Source: Candidatus Omnitrophota bacterium (lineage in GTDB: Bacteria > Omnitrophota > Gorgyraeia > Zapsychrales > JANLHA01). From it: a stretch of DNA of 64,000 nt. The position numbers and the translations under genes were made by a program. Shown one piece after another: positions 49,737-58,612 of the stretch (the stretch's first letter is position 1; each line of letters starts with the position of its first letter). The stretch covers positions 1,690,662-1,754,661 of the forward strand of contig OY759724.1 of NCBI GenBank assembly GCA_963662715.1, given 5' to 3'. The notes beneath the pieces were generated by a model. It saw nothing but the letters and a program-made list of their open reading frames with translations, did not search any database and had not been told where the DNA came from.

Positions 49737-52544
49737 ATGATAGATGAAAAGCAAAAAAATGTTGTGACGTTTTCTTTCTGTGAGCCGTTTCTCGGTAACT
49801 TGACCCGGCTGATGGATGAGGAATATATAAGCCGGGGGAAAGATCTTAGACGGCTGGCCATTGTTTTCGGAGGCAAGCGGCCGGAGTTATTTTTAAAGCG
49901 CCAGCTGGCGGAAAAAATCGGGCGTTCTTTTGCCCCGCCCCGGTTTTTTACGATAGATCATTTCACCGCCTATATCATTCAAAAAGATCAGGTCATTCAG
50001 CGGGGAGCGGATCTTGATCAGTGTTATGAGCTTTACCAGCTGGCCAAACGGCTGGCCCCGGATATCTTAAAAACGCGGGCCACCTTTGCGCAGTTCCTGC
50101 CCTGGAGCCGGGAGATTCTGCATTTTATCGAACAGCTGGACCTGGAGCTTATGGACAATCAGGAGTTAAGGCACGTGAAAGCCCATGCGGAGATCGGATA
50201 CGATGTCCCGGACAGTATCAACCGTTTGCTGCAGAGCGTTGCTCTCCTCCGGGAGGCGTATCATCGGGTGATGATGCAGAAAAGCCTTTATTCCCGCGGT
50301 TTTCAGTATTTTCAGGCCGCGGAACGGATTTCCCGGACAGCATTCCCGGAGTTCGATGAGATATGGTTCTGCAATGTGTTTTATTTTAACCGGGCCGAGG
50401 AAAAAATCATGAAAGACCTTTGCGGCCGCGGGCAAGCGCGCCTTGTTGTGCAGGGGGATGAACGGAAATGGCCGGTGTTTCAAAGAATGACCGGAGCTTT
50501 TGACTGCCCTGTGCGTGAAGGCGAAGTCCCCCCGACGCCGCAGTTTGACCTGAACCTTTACTGCGGTTTTGACCTGCATTCCCAGATCGGCCTTGTCCGG
50601 GATATCCTTAAGAAAATCGAACGGCCGGATCAGGCCGTCGTCGTGCTGCCGGAAGCAGACCATATGATCCCGTTGCTGTCAGAGATAGCTTTTCATTTGA
50701 AGGATTTTAATGTGTCTATGGGATATCCTCTTAAACGGAGTTCCCTGTACGCGCTGTTCCGGCAGGTGTTTCAGGCACAGCTTTCCCGGAAGGACGCGCG
50801 GTATTACACCAGAGACTACCTTAAGGTCCTCAAGCACCCGCTGGTGAAGAATTTAAGGCTATCCGGCCCGCCGGCCGTAAGCCGGGTGCTGGTTCATAAA
50901 ATCGAGGAGATCCTCACCGGACAGCAGGAAACGCCTCTGTCCGGAATGCTGTTTATTTCCCTTGAGGCATTGTCGTCCTGTGACGAGCTGTTTCAGCTGA
51001 CCCGGACCACTCTGCAGGGGATGGGAATGGAAACGACGAGAGAAGACCTGAAGGGCCTGCTTAAGTCTATTCATGAACATATGTTTGCTTTGTGGGAAAC
51101 AGCCGGCAGCTTCCGCAGTTTTGCTTCTGTGCTGGAGACCTTTCTGGATTTGCTTGTACAGTCAAGCGCCCTGACCCATTATCCGCTGAACCTGAAAATT
51201 ACCGATAAGATGTTTGATATCAAGGATGAAATTATGCAGGCGGTGTTCTGCGAAGATCCTTTCGCGGCGGAAGACATTTTTAGAATATTCTCCGACAAGA
51301 TCGAGCGGTCCATCGTTGCTTTTTCCGGCTCGCCGTTAAAAGGACTGCAGATATTAGGGCTGTTCGAGACCCGGGCGCTTAATTTTAAGCAGGTGATCGT
51401 CATGGATGTCAACGAAGGCGTTCTGCCGCACGTGAATCTTTATGAACCGCTTATTCCCCGGGAAGTGATGATCAGCCTGAACCTCGACCGGCTTGAACAG
51501 GAAGAGGAGATCCAGCGTTATCAGTTTATGCGGCTGATTTCCTCGGCCGAGACCGTACATTTGGTTTATCAGGAAAGCCGGGACAGGGAGCGCAGCCGGT
51601 TTGTGGAAGAACTTATCTGGGAAGAAGAAAAGCGCACCCGGAAACGGGACAGCGTGCCTATCCTGCGGCCGAGTTTCAAGGTGGAGGCTTTTGCGGACCA
51701 GGAAGAGGTCGTTAAAACCCCGGAGATGATAGCGCTTCTGCGGAGTTTGTCGTATTCGGCCTCCAGCATCAACACCTATCTGCGCAATCCCATGGATTTT
51801 TATTTTAATTATGTCCTGGGCCTGCGGGAAAAGGAAGACCTGCTGGATGAGCCGGAAAACCGTCAGGTCGGAACTTTTGTGCATGCCCTGCTGGAGAAGA
51901 CTTTTAAAAAATTTATCGGCCAACAACCGAAACTTGACCAGCATTTTCAGCGGTATTTTCAGAACGTGTTCGAAGAAATTTTCGAATCCACCTTTGCCCG
52001 GTCCATGAAGGCGGACGCGTTTCTGCTGAAAACGGTGCTGGAAACGCGTCTGGGATTATTCCTGCAGAACGAGCAGGAAAACCCGGACCGCCGGGTTAAG
52101 GAAATCCTCTTTATTGAGAAACGGTTCGCGGACCAGCTGGCGTTACCCTGCGGGTCTTTTCCGTTTGTCTGCCGGGTCGACCGGGTCGACCGCCTGGAGG
52201 ACGGGCGGGTGATGATTCTGGATTATAAGACAGGAAGCGCCGACCCGATGCCGAAAGGGGTTGATGTCATCGAGCGCATGAGTTTGTCGCGGCAGACAAT
52301 CCTGGAAAACGTGCGCTCTTTTCAGCTGCCCCTGTATTTTTATTATCTGCAAAAATATTTCCCGGAAGATTCCCTGAATGCCGCGTTCTATAATCTCCGG
52401 ACGCTTGACCTGGCTTACTTTATCCGCCGTAACGACACGGATGATTATGAACGGATTAACCGGGTTTTCCTCAACGCCCTGGATTATATTATGGCGGAAA
52501 TTTTAAACCCGGATATCCCTTTTGTGAACGACCCGTTATCTTGA
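49737..52544 (+). CDS. addB: AddB/RexB-like helicase-nuclease partner subunit
   Basis: Adjacent to addA-like gene; C-terminal RVDRVDR...ILDYKTG PD-(D/E)xK motif; no obvious C-terminal Fe-S cysteines. Confidence 0.6.
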   Translation: MIDEKQKNVVTFSFCEPFLGNLTRLMDEEYISRGKDLRRLAIVFGGKRPELFLKRQLAEKIGRSFAPPRFFTIDHFTAYIIQKDQVIQRGADLDQCYELYQLAKRLAPDILKTRATFAQFLPWSREILHFIEQLDLELMDNQELRHVKAHAEIGYDVPDSINRLLQSVALLREAYHRVMMQKSLYSRGFQYFQAAERISRTAFPEFDEIWFCNVFYFNRAEEKIMKDLCGRGQARLVVQGDERKWPVFQRMTGAFDCPVREGEVPPTPQFDLNLYCGFDLHSQIGLVRDILKKIERPDQAVVVLPEADHMIPLLSEIAFHLKDFNVSMGYPLKRSSLYALFRQVFQAQLSRKDARYYTRDYLKVLKHPLVKNLRLSGPPAVSRVLVHKIEEILTGQQETPLSGMLFISLEALSSCDELFQLTRTTLQGMGMETTREDLKGLLKSIHEHMFALWETAGSFRSFASVLETFLDLLVQSSALTHYPLNLKITDKMFDIKDEIMQAVFCEDPFAAEDIFRIFSDKIERSIVAFSGSPLKGLQILGLFETRALNFKQVIVMDVNEGVLPHVNLYEPLIPREVMISLNLDRLEQEEEIQRYQFMRLISSAETVHLVYQESRDRERSRFVEELIWEEEKRTRKRDSVPILRPSFKVEAFADQEEVVKTPEMIALLRSLSYSASSINTYLRNPMDFYFNYVLGLREKEDLLDEPENRQVGTFVHALLEKTFKKFIGQQPKLDQHFQRYFQNVFEEIFESTFARSMKADAFLLKTVLETRLGLFLQNEQENPDRRVKEILFIEKRFADQLALPCGSFPFVCRVDRVDRLEDGRVMILDYKTGSADPMPKGVDVIERMSLSRQTILENVRSFQLPLYFYYLQKYFPEDSLNAAFYNLRTLDLAYFIRRNDTDDYERINRVFLNALDYIMAEILNPDIPFVNDPLS

Positions 52545-52712
52545 GTTCAATACAGGCCGCCGTTGACTTTATGGCATCAAGTACGTGTTTAAACAACCCC
52601 GGCAACGCTCCGCTATCCTGTTTGATGGCGCGGGGCGGCCGCGGAACTGCGCGCGTGATTTGCTGCCACAAGGACACGGCTCCATTAAAAGTTTTTTTAT
52701 AAAAGCCTATCC

Positions 52713-54515
52713 ATGTCTGTGAAAGAAAAGACGACTCTGTTTTTGATTTTTGCCCTGGCCTTGGGTCTGCGGCTGGGATATACAGTCTTTTTAAGACAGC
52801 ATTATCCTTTTTATAATAACCCCAGTTCCGATGTGTATTATTATCAGCAATGGGCTGACAGCATCGCCCGGGGGGACTGGTCCGCCGTGACACGGCTGCA
52901 GGGCCTGCCGCTGTATCCGTTAACCTTAGCCCTTCTGAAACGTTTGACCCTGAATCACGCGGGCCTGATCCGTTTTCTGCATCTTCTGCTGGGCTCTTTA
53001 AATTGTGTTCTGGTTTATTTTATAGGCAGGGCCTTATTCACGAAAAGGGTGGCCGGGCTGGCCGCCGGGCTTACGGCTGTCAACCTTCCTCTGATATATT
53101 ATGACTGGCTGATGATGCCGGTGCCGTTCATTATAGCCCTTTCCCTGCTCCTTGTTCTTGCGCTGGTGCAGGAGGAAAAAATATCCCGGAAACGGGAATG
53201 GTTTATGGTAGGGCTGCTGGCCGGCTGGCTCGTCTTGGGGGACGGGAAGGTCTTTTTGTTCTTGATATTGCTGTGTCTGTCTGTCCTGTGCGGCCGTTCG
53301 TGGGCTAAAAAGAAAGAACAGCTTCTGCGGCTGGGGCCGGTGTTTTTGGGTGTCGCGGTGATCCTCGGGGCGCTGACCTTGTATTATAAACGTACAAGCG
53401 GGGAATGGGTTTTCATCTCCTCCAAAAGCGGGTTCAGTTTTTACGCAGGAAATCATCAGCAGGCGCAGGGATATTACGTGCATCCGCTTTCGCTGCGGGC
53501 CAGCCACCATGCCCAGGATGAAGACCAGAAAAGGATCGCCGAACAAAATATGAAGCGGCCGCTTAAGCAGACGGAAGTTTCGCAATACTGGACACGTTTG
53601 GCTTTTAAGTATATCCAGGAGAACCCGCTGGATTATCTTGTCCTGTTAGGAAAGAAATGCCGGTTGTTTTTCACGGACACGGAAAAGGCGCATGACCTGG
53701 ATTTGCTTATGCAGAAACAATGGGTGCGGCGCTGGGATATCAATCCTTTCGCGGTCTTGTTTCCCCTGGCTTTGTGGGGGATGTTTCTGGCTCTGCGTTC
53801 CCGGGAAAGAACTCTACCGCTTGTATTACTGGTTGTCAGCCAGTGGCTTTTTACCTTAATATATTATCTTACCAGCCGCCACCGTGTCAGTATTTACCCG
53901 GCGCTGTTTTTGTTCCAGGCGTTCGCGCTGGACTGTTTTGTCCGGGACATTTATAGAAGACAGTATAAGAACCTCACCGTACCTGCCGGTTTCTTTCTCC
54001 TGTATCTCTTTTTATTCCCTCCGCAGAAAGAAGATCCCCGTTACCTGGATTACCTTTATTCGCTTAAGATGGGCCAGAAGCATGAGCTGCTTAAAGAATA
54101 CCCGGAAGCCCGGCAATTTTATTCGCGGGCAGTACGCCTTCATCCGCAGAATGCCGATGCGTGGTTCAGCCTGGGCAATGTGTGTTTACTGGACCGGCAA
54201 TATGCCCAGGCGCAACGGTATTATTGGCGAGCGCTGAAAATAAATGCTTTGCATACGGATGCGCTTTATAACCTTGGATTTGCCTATGAGAAGGATGCAA
54301 AACCTGAGAAGGCCAGGCAATGCTACGCCGTTATCCTGCAGACGGACCCGGAAAGCGTGGATGTTCATTACCGGATAGCGCAGGTGCTTCAACAGCAAGG
54401 GCAGTGTGCAGCAGCGCTCCGGCATATGAAAATTGTGGTCCGGGCCAGGCCCGACATGCGGCCGGAGTTCACGGAAATGCTGCAGAATTGCAATGGGATA
54501 GGAGGGGAGGAATAG
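52713..54515 (+). CDS. membrane GT39/PMT-like glycosyltransferase with C-terminal TPR repeats
   Basis: Multiple TM helices, then TPR 34-mers (FYSRAVRLHPQNADAWFSLGNV..., YYWRALKINALHTDALYNLGFAY...). Confidence 0.55.
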   Translation: MSVKEKTTLFLIFALALGLRLGYTVFLRQHYPFYNNPSSDVYYYQQWADSIARGDWSAVTRLQGLPLYPLTLALLKRLTLNHAGLIRFLHLLLGSLNCVLVYFIGRALFTKRVAGLAAGLTAVNLPLIYYDWLMMPVPFIIALSLLLVLALVQEEKISRKREWFMVGLLAGWLVLGDGKVFLFLILLCLSVLCGRSWAKKKEQLLRLGPVFLGVAVILGALTLYYKRTSGEWVFISSKSGFSFYAGNHQQAQGYYVHPLSLRASHHAQDEDQKRIAEQNMKRPLKQTEVSQYWTRLAFKYIQENPLDYLVLLGKKCRLFFTDTEKAHDLDLLMQKQWVRRWDINPFAVLFPLALWGMFLALRSRERTLPLVLLVVSQWLFTLIYYLTSRHRVSIYPALFLFQAFALDCFVRDIYRRQYKNLTVPAGFFLLYLFLFPPQKEDPRYLDYLYSLKMGQKHELLKEYPEARQFYSRAVRLHPQNADAWFSLGNVCLLDRQYAQAQRYYWRALKINALHTDALYNLGFAYEKDAKPEKARQCYAVILQTDPESVDVHYRIAQVLQQQGQCAAALRHMKIVVRARPDMRPEFTEMLQNCNGIGGEE

Positions 54516-54517
54516 GA

Positions 54518-54555
54518 GTGTTAAGGGTATTAAGAGTATTAAGGGTATTAAGGGG
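54518..54555. repeat. tandem 9-mer repeat GTATTAAGG x4
   Basis: gtgttaagggtattaagagtattaagggtattaagggg immediately after stop of 52713..54515. Confidence 0.6.
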
Positions 54556-54579
54556 AGCCTGGATACTTTCCTGATTTAT

Positions 54580-54629
54580 ACCCCGATATTATACGACCTG
54601 CCATTTAACGGATAATAAAGGGGAAATGC
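54580..54629. repeat. 50-bp direct repeat, copy 1 (with 54905..54955)
   Basis: ttatacgacctgccatttaacggataataaaggggaaatgcgactttctt, about 80% identical to copy 2; shared ATGCGACTT core also at about 54737. Confidence 0.5.
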
Positions 54630-54904
54630 GACTTTCTTAGATGGAAATTGGGTATTATTCTGAAAAATTTAATATTTTTAGTCAAAGATGGCATGACTCA
54701 TTAAGTATTTTTCAGATCATTGGGTATACCCTAATAAATAATTCATGCGACTTATTACTTTTTTTGGGAAATAGATAAGAAAATGTCGAAAAATGTCAGT
54801 CTTTGGCCCAATCCAGCCATTGACAAAGAGGAGGATAAGGGCTAATAATAAATAATATTCAGCTTTTAAATTAGCAGAAAATGCTTTTTTAGCAAAATTC
54901 TAAT

Positions 54905-54955
54905 GTTATACGACGTCCCAATTAACAGTATAAATAGGGGCAAATGCGACTTTGT
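54905..54955. repeat. 50-bp direct repeat, copy 2
   Basis: ttatacgacgtcccaattaacagtataaataggggcaaatgcgactttgtt. Confidence 0.5.
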
Positions 54956-55061
54956 TCCAGTAAAGCTGGCGCGAAAACAAGCATTTTTCAAATAAAATAA
55001 GGTATAATGAAAAAAACACACCAAGGAAAGAGAACGAAATCCCCACTCCTCGGTCACGACG

Positions 55062-55068
55062 TAGAATA
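55062..55068 (+). other. attI-like or remnant attC core site GTTATGA marking left boundary of cassette array
   Basis: Exact reverse complement of the TCATAAC inverse core of attC1 (55406-55412). Confidence 0.4.
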
Positions 55069-55087
55069 ATTGTTATGAGGTAAGAAG

Positions 55088-55399
55088 ATGAAATACAGAA
55101 TAGATTTTACAGGAATACCGTGGGAAGAACCAATTAAAGGCCTAAGGTTCAAAGCTACTGTTCAGGATGGGACAAGGATCCGCCTTGCTGAATTTTCAAA
55201 AGATTTTATAGAGGCAGAGTGGTGCCTGAAAGGGCATACAGGATATCTGCTGGAAGGAAGTGTGGAAATTGATTTTAATGGAGAAAAAATTATTTTTAAT
55301 CAAGGAGATGGTATTTATATCCCTCCTGGAGAACAATCTAAACATAAAACGAAGGTTCTTTCGGACAAAGCTGTCGCAATATTGATAGAAAAAATATAA
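55088..55399 (+). CDS. cassette 1: small cupin-domain protein
   Basis: 103 aa, cupin_2-like beta-barrel motifs (GHTGYLLEG...IYIPPGE); RBS GAGGTAAG. Confidence 0.6.
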   Translation: MKYRIDFTGIPWEEPIKGLRFKATVQDGTRIRLAEFSKDFIEAEWCLKGHTGYLLEGSVEIDFNGEKIIFNQGDGIYIPPGEQSKHKTKVLSDKAVAILIEKI

Positions 55400-55405
55400 A
55401 TAGAC

Positions 55406-55484
55406 TCATAACAAGTCACTTCATCGTCCCCGCCTCGCCACTGTTGCGGCTACGGCAGGGGACGATGAGTTCCTTGCGTTAGCT
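55406..55484 (+). repeat. attC-like site 1 (R'' TCATAAC ... R' GTTAGCT)
   Basis: 79-bp imperfect palindrome AACAAGTCACTtCATCGTCCCC...GGGGACGATGAGTTCCTTGCGTT. Confidence 0.6.
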
Positions 55485-55494
55485 CTCAAAATAG

Positions 55495-55974
55495 ATGAGA
55501 AAATATCAACTTCCAAAATTTTTAGAACGAATGGTTGATCAAAAAGACTATGAAAAATGGTTACGCAGAAAAGCTGTAGCCCATGTTCGCCGCGATAGAA
55601 ACCGAGGATATAAATTAGCTACGAATGAAATATACAAGATTGCTATTCACAAAGCAGTATGTGAATCTGAAGGAAAAGATGCATACACAGAAGAAAGATT
55701 AGATTGGTCATTAATTAGTAAATATGATAACGAACAATCAAAAAAATATGGTAGGAAATACAAAAAACAATTTGCTTTATTGCCTTCTGTTGATCATGTG
55801 GGAGATGGAAAAGGAACAGCAAATTTCAAGATTTGTTCATGGCGTACCAATGATTCCAAGAACGATCTGTCTTACGTTGAGTTTTTAGGATTATGTAAAA
55901 AGGTTATAGCAGCAGCTAACAAGTCACTCCAGCGGGGCCTTTCGGCACCTTCGGCAGCCTCAAGACCCCGCTGA
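55495..55974 (+). CDS. cassette 2: hypothetical protein with degenerate HNH-like motif; ORF terminates inside attC2
   Basis: SVDHVGDGKGTANFKICSWRTNDSKND resembles His-Me finger (DH...N...C..N..K) with one Cys lost. Confidence 0.35.
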   Translation: MRKYQLPKFLERMVDQKDYEKWLRRKAVAHVRRDRNRGYKLATNEIYKIAIHKAVCESEGKDAYTEERLDWSLISKYDNEQSKKYGRKYKKQFALLPSVDHVGDGKGTANFKICSWRTNDSKNDLSYVEFLGLCKKVIAAANKSLQRGLSAPSAASRPR

Positions 55975-55990
55975 GTTCCTTGCGTTCGCC
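55914..55990 (+). repeat. attC-like site 2 (R'' AGCTAAC ... R' GTTCGCC)
   Basis: R'' is reverse complement of attC1 R'; CACTcCAGCGGGG...CCCCGCTGAGTTCCTTGCGTT. Confidence 0.6.
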
Positions 55991-56023
55991 AGTAGAAGAT
56001 CGAAACAACCATAAGGAGGAAAC

Positions 56024-57046
56024 ATGTTCGGTATACGCTTCATCAAGGTTGAACCTACGGAATTCGTACTCCAGTTCAAGCGGGGCAAGGTCGTGCGCGA
56101 GGGGGCGGGCATCTCTTTCTTCTACTTCGCGCCCACGACGTCGCTTGTCCGCATCCCAATCGGCAGCGTGGACGTACCGTTCATCTTCGAGGAAGTCACC
56201 GCCGACTTTCAGGAGGTGACGGTTCAGGGGCAATTGACCTACCGAGTCGCAGAGGCGAAGAAGCTATCCCAGCTCATGAACTTCACGCTGGCGCCGAACG
56301 GGCGGGAGTATGCGTCCGACGATCCTAAGAAACTTCCCCAGCGGCTCATCAATCACGCTCAGGTTCTGACTCGCGCATCTCTGAAATCCCTGCGCCTTAA
56401 GGAGGCGTTGGGCCAATCGGACGCGCTTGTGGCCTCGCTACGCGAGGGACTCCAGTCTGCGGAAGCGATCGCTTCACTCGGCATTGAAATCCTAGGACTC
56501 TCCATCTTGGCCATCAAACCGACGCCCGAGACTTCCCGCGCACTGGAAGCAGAGGCACGTGAGCAGGTTCTTCGTGAGGCCGACGAAGCCGTATATTCGC
56601 GCCGCAACGCTGCGGTCGAGCAGGAACGGGGTATCAAGGAAAACGAACTCAACACCGAGATTGCCGTCGAAAACAAGAAGCGGCAGATCAAGGAAGCCCA
56701 GATGGATGCCGAGAAATCCGTCCAGCAGAAGAAGCGAGAGATCAGAGAAGCGGAGATGGCTGCCAAGATTGCGATAGAGGAGAAGAACAAGGATCTTGTG
56801 GCTCTCTCCACGGCCAATGCCCGCGAGGAAGCAGACGCGAAGGCATACGCCATCGCTGCGGTGATGAAGGCATTATCGGAGACCGATCCGAAGACCCTAC
56901 AGGCTCTCACAAGCGTGGGCATGGAGCCGGGACAACTGGTCGCACTGGCCTTCAAGGAACTTGCGGAAAGCGCTGACAAGATCGGCCAACTGAACGTGTC
57001 GCCGGAGTTGCTCCGCGAACTCCTCCATCGAGATTCTATCAAGTGA
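56024..57046 (+). CDS. cassette 3 gene A: SPFH/band-7 (flotillin/prohibitin-like) domain protein with long C-terminal coiled coil
   Basis: N-terminal SPFH core then Ala/Glu/Lys-rich heptads; strong SD AAGGAGGAAAC; GC-rich relative to neighbours. Confidence 0.75.
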   Translation: MFGIRFIKVEPTEFVLQFKRGKVVREGAGISFFYFAPTTSLVRIPIGSVDVPFIFEEVTADFQEVTVQGQLTYRVAEAKKLSQLMNFTLAPNGREYASDDPKKLPQRLINHAQVLTRASLKSLRLKEALGQSDALVASLREGLQSAEAIASLGIEILGLSILAIKPTPETSRALEAEAREQVLREADEAVYSRRNAAVEQERGIKENELNTEIAVENKKRQIKEAQMDAEKSVQQKKREIREAEMAAKIAIEEKNKDLVALSTANAREEADAKAYAIAAVMKALSETDPKTLQALTSVGMEPGQLVALAFKELAESADKIGQLNVSPELLRELLHRDSIK

Positions 57047-57984
57047 CAGAAAGACGGACAGAGAACAAGATTGTGATTGTCGTCAGGCGAACGCGCCTCG
57101 ACGACCTGATCGCTCGGTTCAACACCGAGGACCAAGCACGGTTCTATGTTGAGCATTTAGGATCAGACTTCTCCGACTATCAGGCAGAACATCGGGTGTA
57201 CAAGCAGGTTGTTCGTGATGCCGAGAACACCCTTTCCCGTCATGGGCGAGTGCAAGTTATCGACCGAGCATTTGTTCCGAATTTTATTTTCGGATCAAAG
57301 GACACAGTCGTTGCCATCGGTCAGGATGGTCTGGTTGCAAATGTTCTCAAGTATCTCGACGGGCAGCTACTCCTTGGTGTCAATCCCGATGTCAAGAGAT
57401 GGGAAGGCGTTCTGTTGCCCTTCACGGTGGCTGACCTGGACTCGGTCATGCCGGAGGTCTTTGCGCGCAAACGACCCGTAGCCGAGGTGACGATGGCGGA
57501 AGTTAGGCTCAACACAGGCGAGACTCTGTGTGCGGTCAATGACCTTTTCATCGGTCCACGCACGCACACTTCAGCGCGTTACTTGATTCGAGTCGGGGAG
57601 AAGATGGAGAACCATTCGTCAAGTGGGATCATCGTGTCGACGGGTCTCGGATCAACCGGCTGGTTGCGAAGCATCATGGCTGGAGCGACAGGAGTTACCT
57701 CTGTTCTGTCGGGCAGACCACTGAAAATCAACGAGAGAAGGGCCGTTGCGTGGGATGCCAACTATCTCTACTTCTCGGTGCGGGAGCCATGGCCGAGCAA
57801 GACTTCTGGAGCGGAGATTACCTTCGGCAAGGTAACCTCCACCACGCCGCTCATTCTTGTCTCACAGATGCCGGAGAACGGCGTTATCTTCAGCGACGGG
57901 ATTGAGACAGATTTCTTGCAGTTCAACTCAGGCACGGAAGCCACTATCACAATGGCCGAAAGGAAAGGGCATCTTGTAACGTGA
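57043..57984 (+). CDS. cassette 3 gene B: NAD-kinase-fold (NadK/DAGK_cat-like) protein
   Basis: GTG start overlapping SPFH stop (GTGA); KIVIVVRR, AIGQDGL (GGDG-like), NDLFIG (NE-like), STGLGSTGW (GSTAYS-like) motifs. Confidence 0.6.
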   Translation: MTERRTENKIVIVVRRTRLDDLIARFNTEDQARFYVEHLGSDFSDYQAEHRVYKQVVRDAENTLSRHGRVQVIDRAFVPNFIFGSKDTVVAIGQDGLVANVLKYLDGQLLLGVNPDVKRWEGVLLPFTVADLDSVMPEVFARKRPVAEVTMAEVRLNTGETLCAVNDLFIGPRTHTSARYLIRVGEKMENHSSSGIIVSTGLGSTGWLRSIMAGATGVTSVLSGRPLKINERRAVAWDANYLYFSVREPWPSKTSGAEITFGKVTSTTPLILVSQMPENGVIFSDGIETDFLQFNSGTEATITMAERKGHLVT

Positions 57985-57997
57985 GAAGATGGAGCAT

Positions 57998-58075
57998 GGC
58001 GAACAACAGCTTGGACCACTACGTTTCACACCGCGCGGACGCAGCGTGAAACGAGGGTCAAGCTGGACGTTATGT
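57998..58075 (+). repeat. attC-like site 3, different sequence family (R'' GGCGAAC ... R' GTTATGT)
   Basis: R'' complements attC2 R' GTTCGCC; internal stems CAGCTTG/CAAGCTG and GTTTCAC/GTGAAAC. Confidence 0.55.
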
Positions 58076-58091
58076 CTTAAAGGAAGAATAA

Positions 58092-58607
58092 ATGTCGAGA
58101 TCAAAGTCTGATATAGCTAACAGTGCAATAAGAATATTTTTGCAAGATGTTGGTAGATTTTATGACCAAGCCAGGGGTTTTGACCCCTTTATTCCAAAGA
58201 AAAATCAAAAAGAAGAACTATTGTCTTATTTTGAAAGTCAATGTTGCTTTTGCGGCTCTGAAATTAATCAGAAGTCTTTCTCACTGGATCATTTAATACC
58301 CTTGAATAAAGCTTCTTTAGGTCTTCATGCTTGGGGAAACGTGGTCCCTTGTTGTAGGGACTGCAATAATGAAAAGCAACAAAAACCTTGGCAAAATTTT
58401 ATGAAATTAAAGTGTAGGGGCTCAGAATATAAGAAAAGAAGATCTCGAATTGAAAATTTTATAAAAATAAAAAAATATGATCCAAACCTTAATTTACATG
58501 AATATGCAGATAATTTATATGAAGATGTTGGTGAGGTAGCTACAACACTTATTAAACTTCGGTATAAACAAGCGGAAGACGGCATTAAAAACTTATTAGG
58601 AAAATAA
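58092..58607 (+). CDS. cassette 4: HNH endonuclease
   Basis: CCFCGSEI ... SLDHLIPLNKASLGLHAWGNVVPCCRDCNNEKQ canonical HNH; RBS AAAGGAAG. Confidence 0.7.
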   Translation: MSRSKSDIANSAIRIFLQDVGRFYDQARGFDPFIPKKNQKEELLSYFESQCCFCGSEINQKSFSLDHLIPLNKASLGLHAWGNVVPCCRDCNNEKQQKPWQNFMKLKCRGSEYKKRRSRIENFIKIKKYDPNLNLHEYADNLYEDVGEVATTLIKLRYKQAEDGIKNLLGK

Positions 58608-58612
58608 ATACA

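Noticed and set aside
54518-54555. Possible CRISPR array
   Set aside because: Only four 9-bp units with no spacers; simple tandem repeat.
52500-55087. Integron integrase (intI) upstream of the cassette array
   Set aside because: No tyrosine-recombinase-like ORF on either strand; region is occupied by the GT39-TPR gene and non-coding AT-rich DNA.
56359-57156. 265-aa ORF on minus strand
   Set aside because: Antisense to the GC-rich SPFH/NadK-like cassette; Ala/Ser/Arg-rich low-complexity translation typical of shadow frames.
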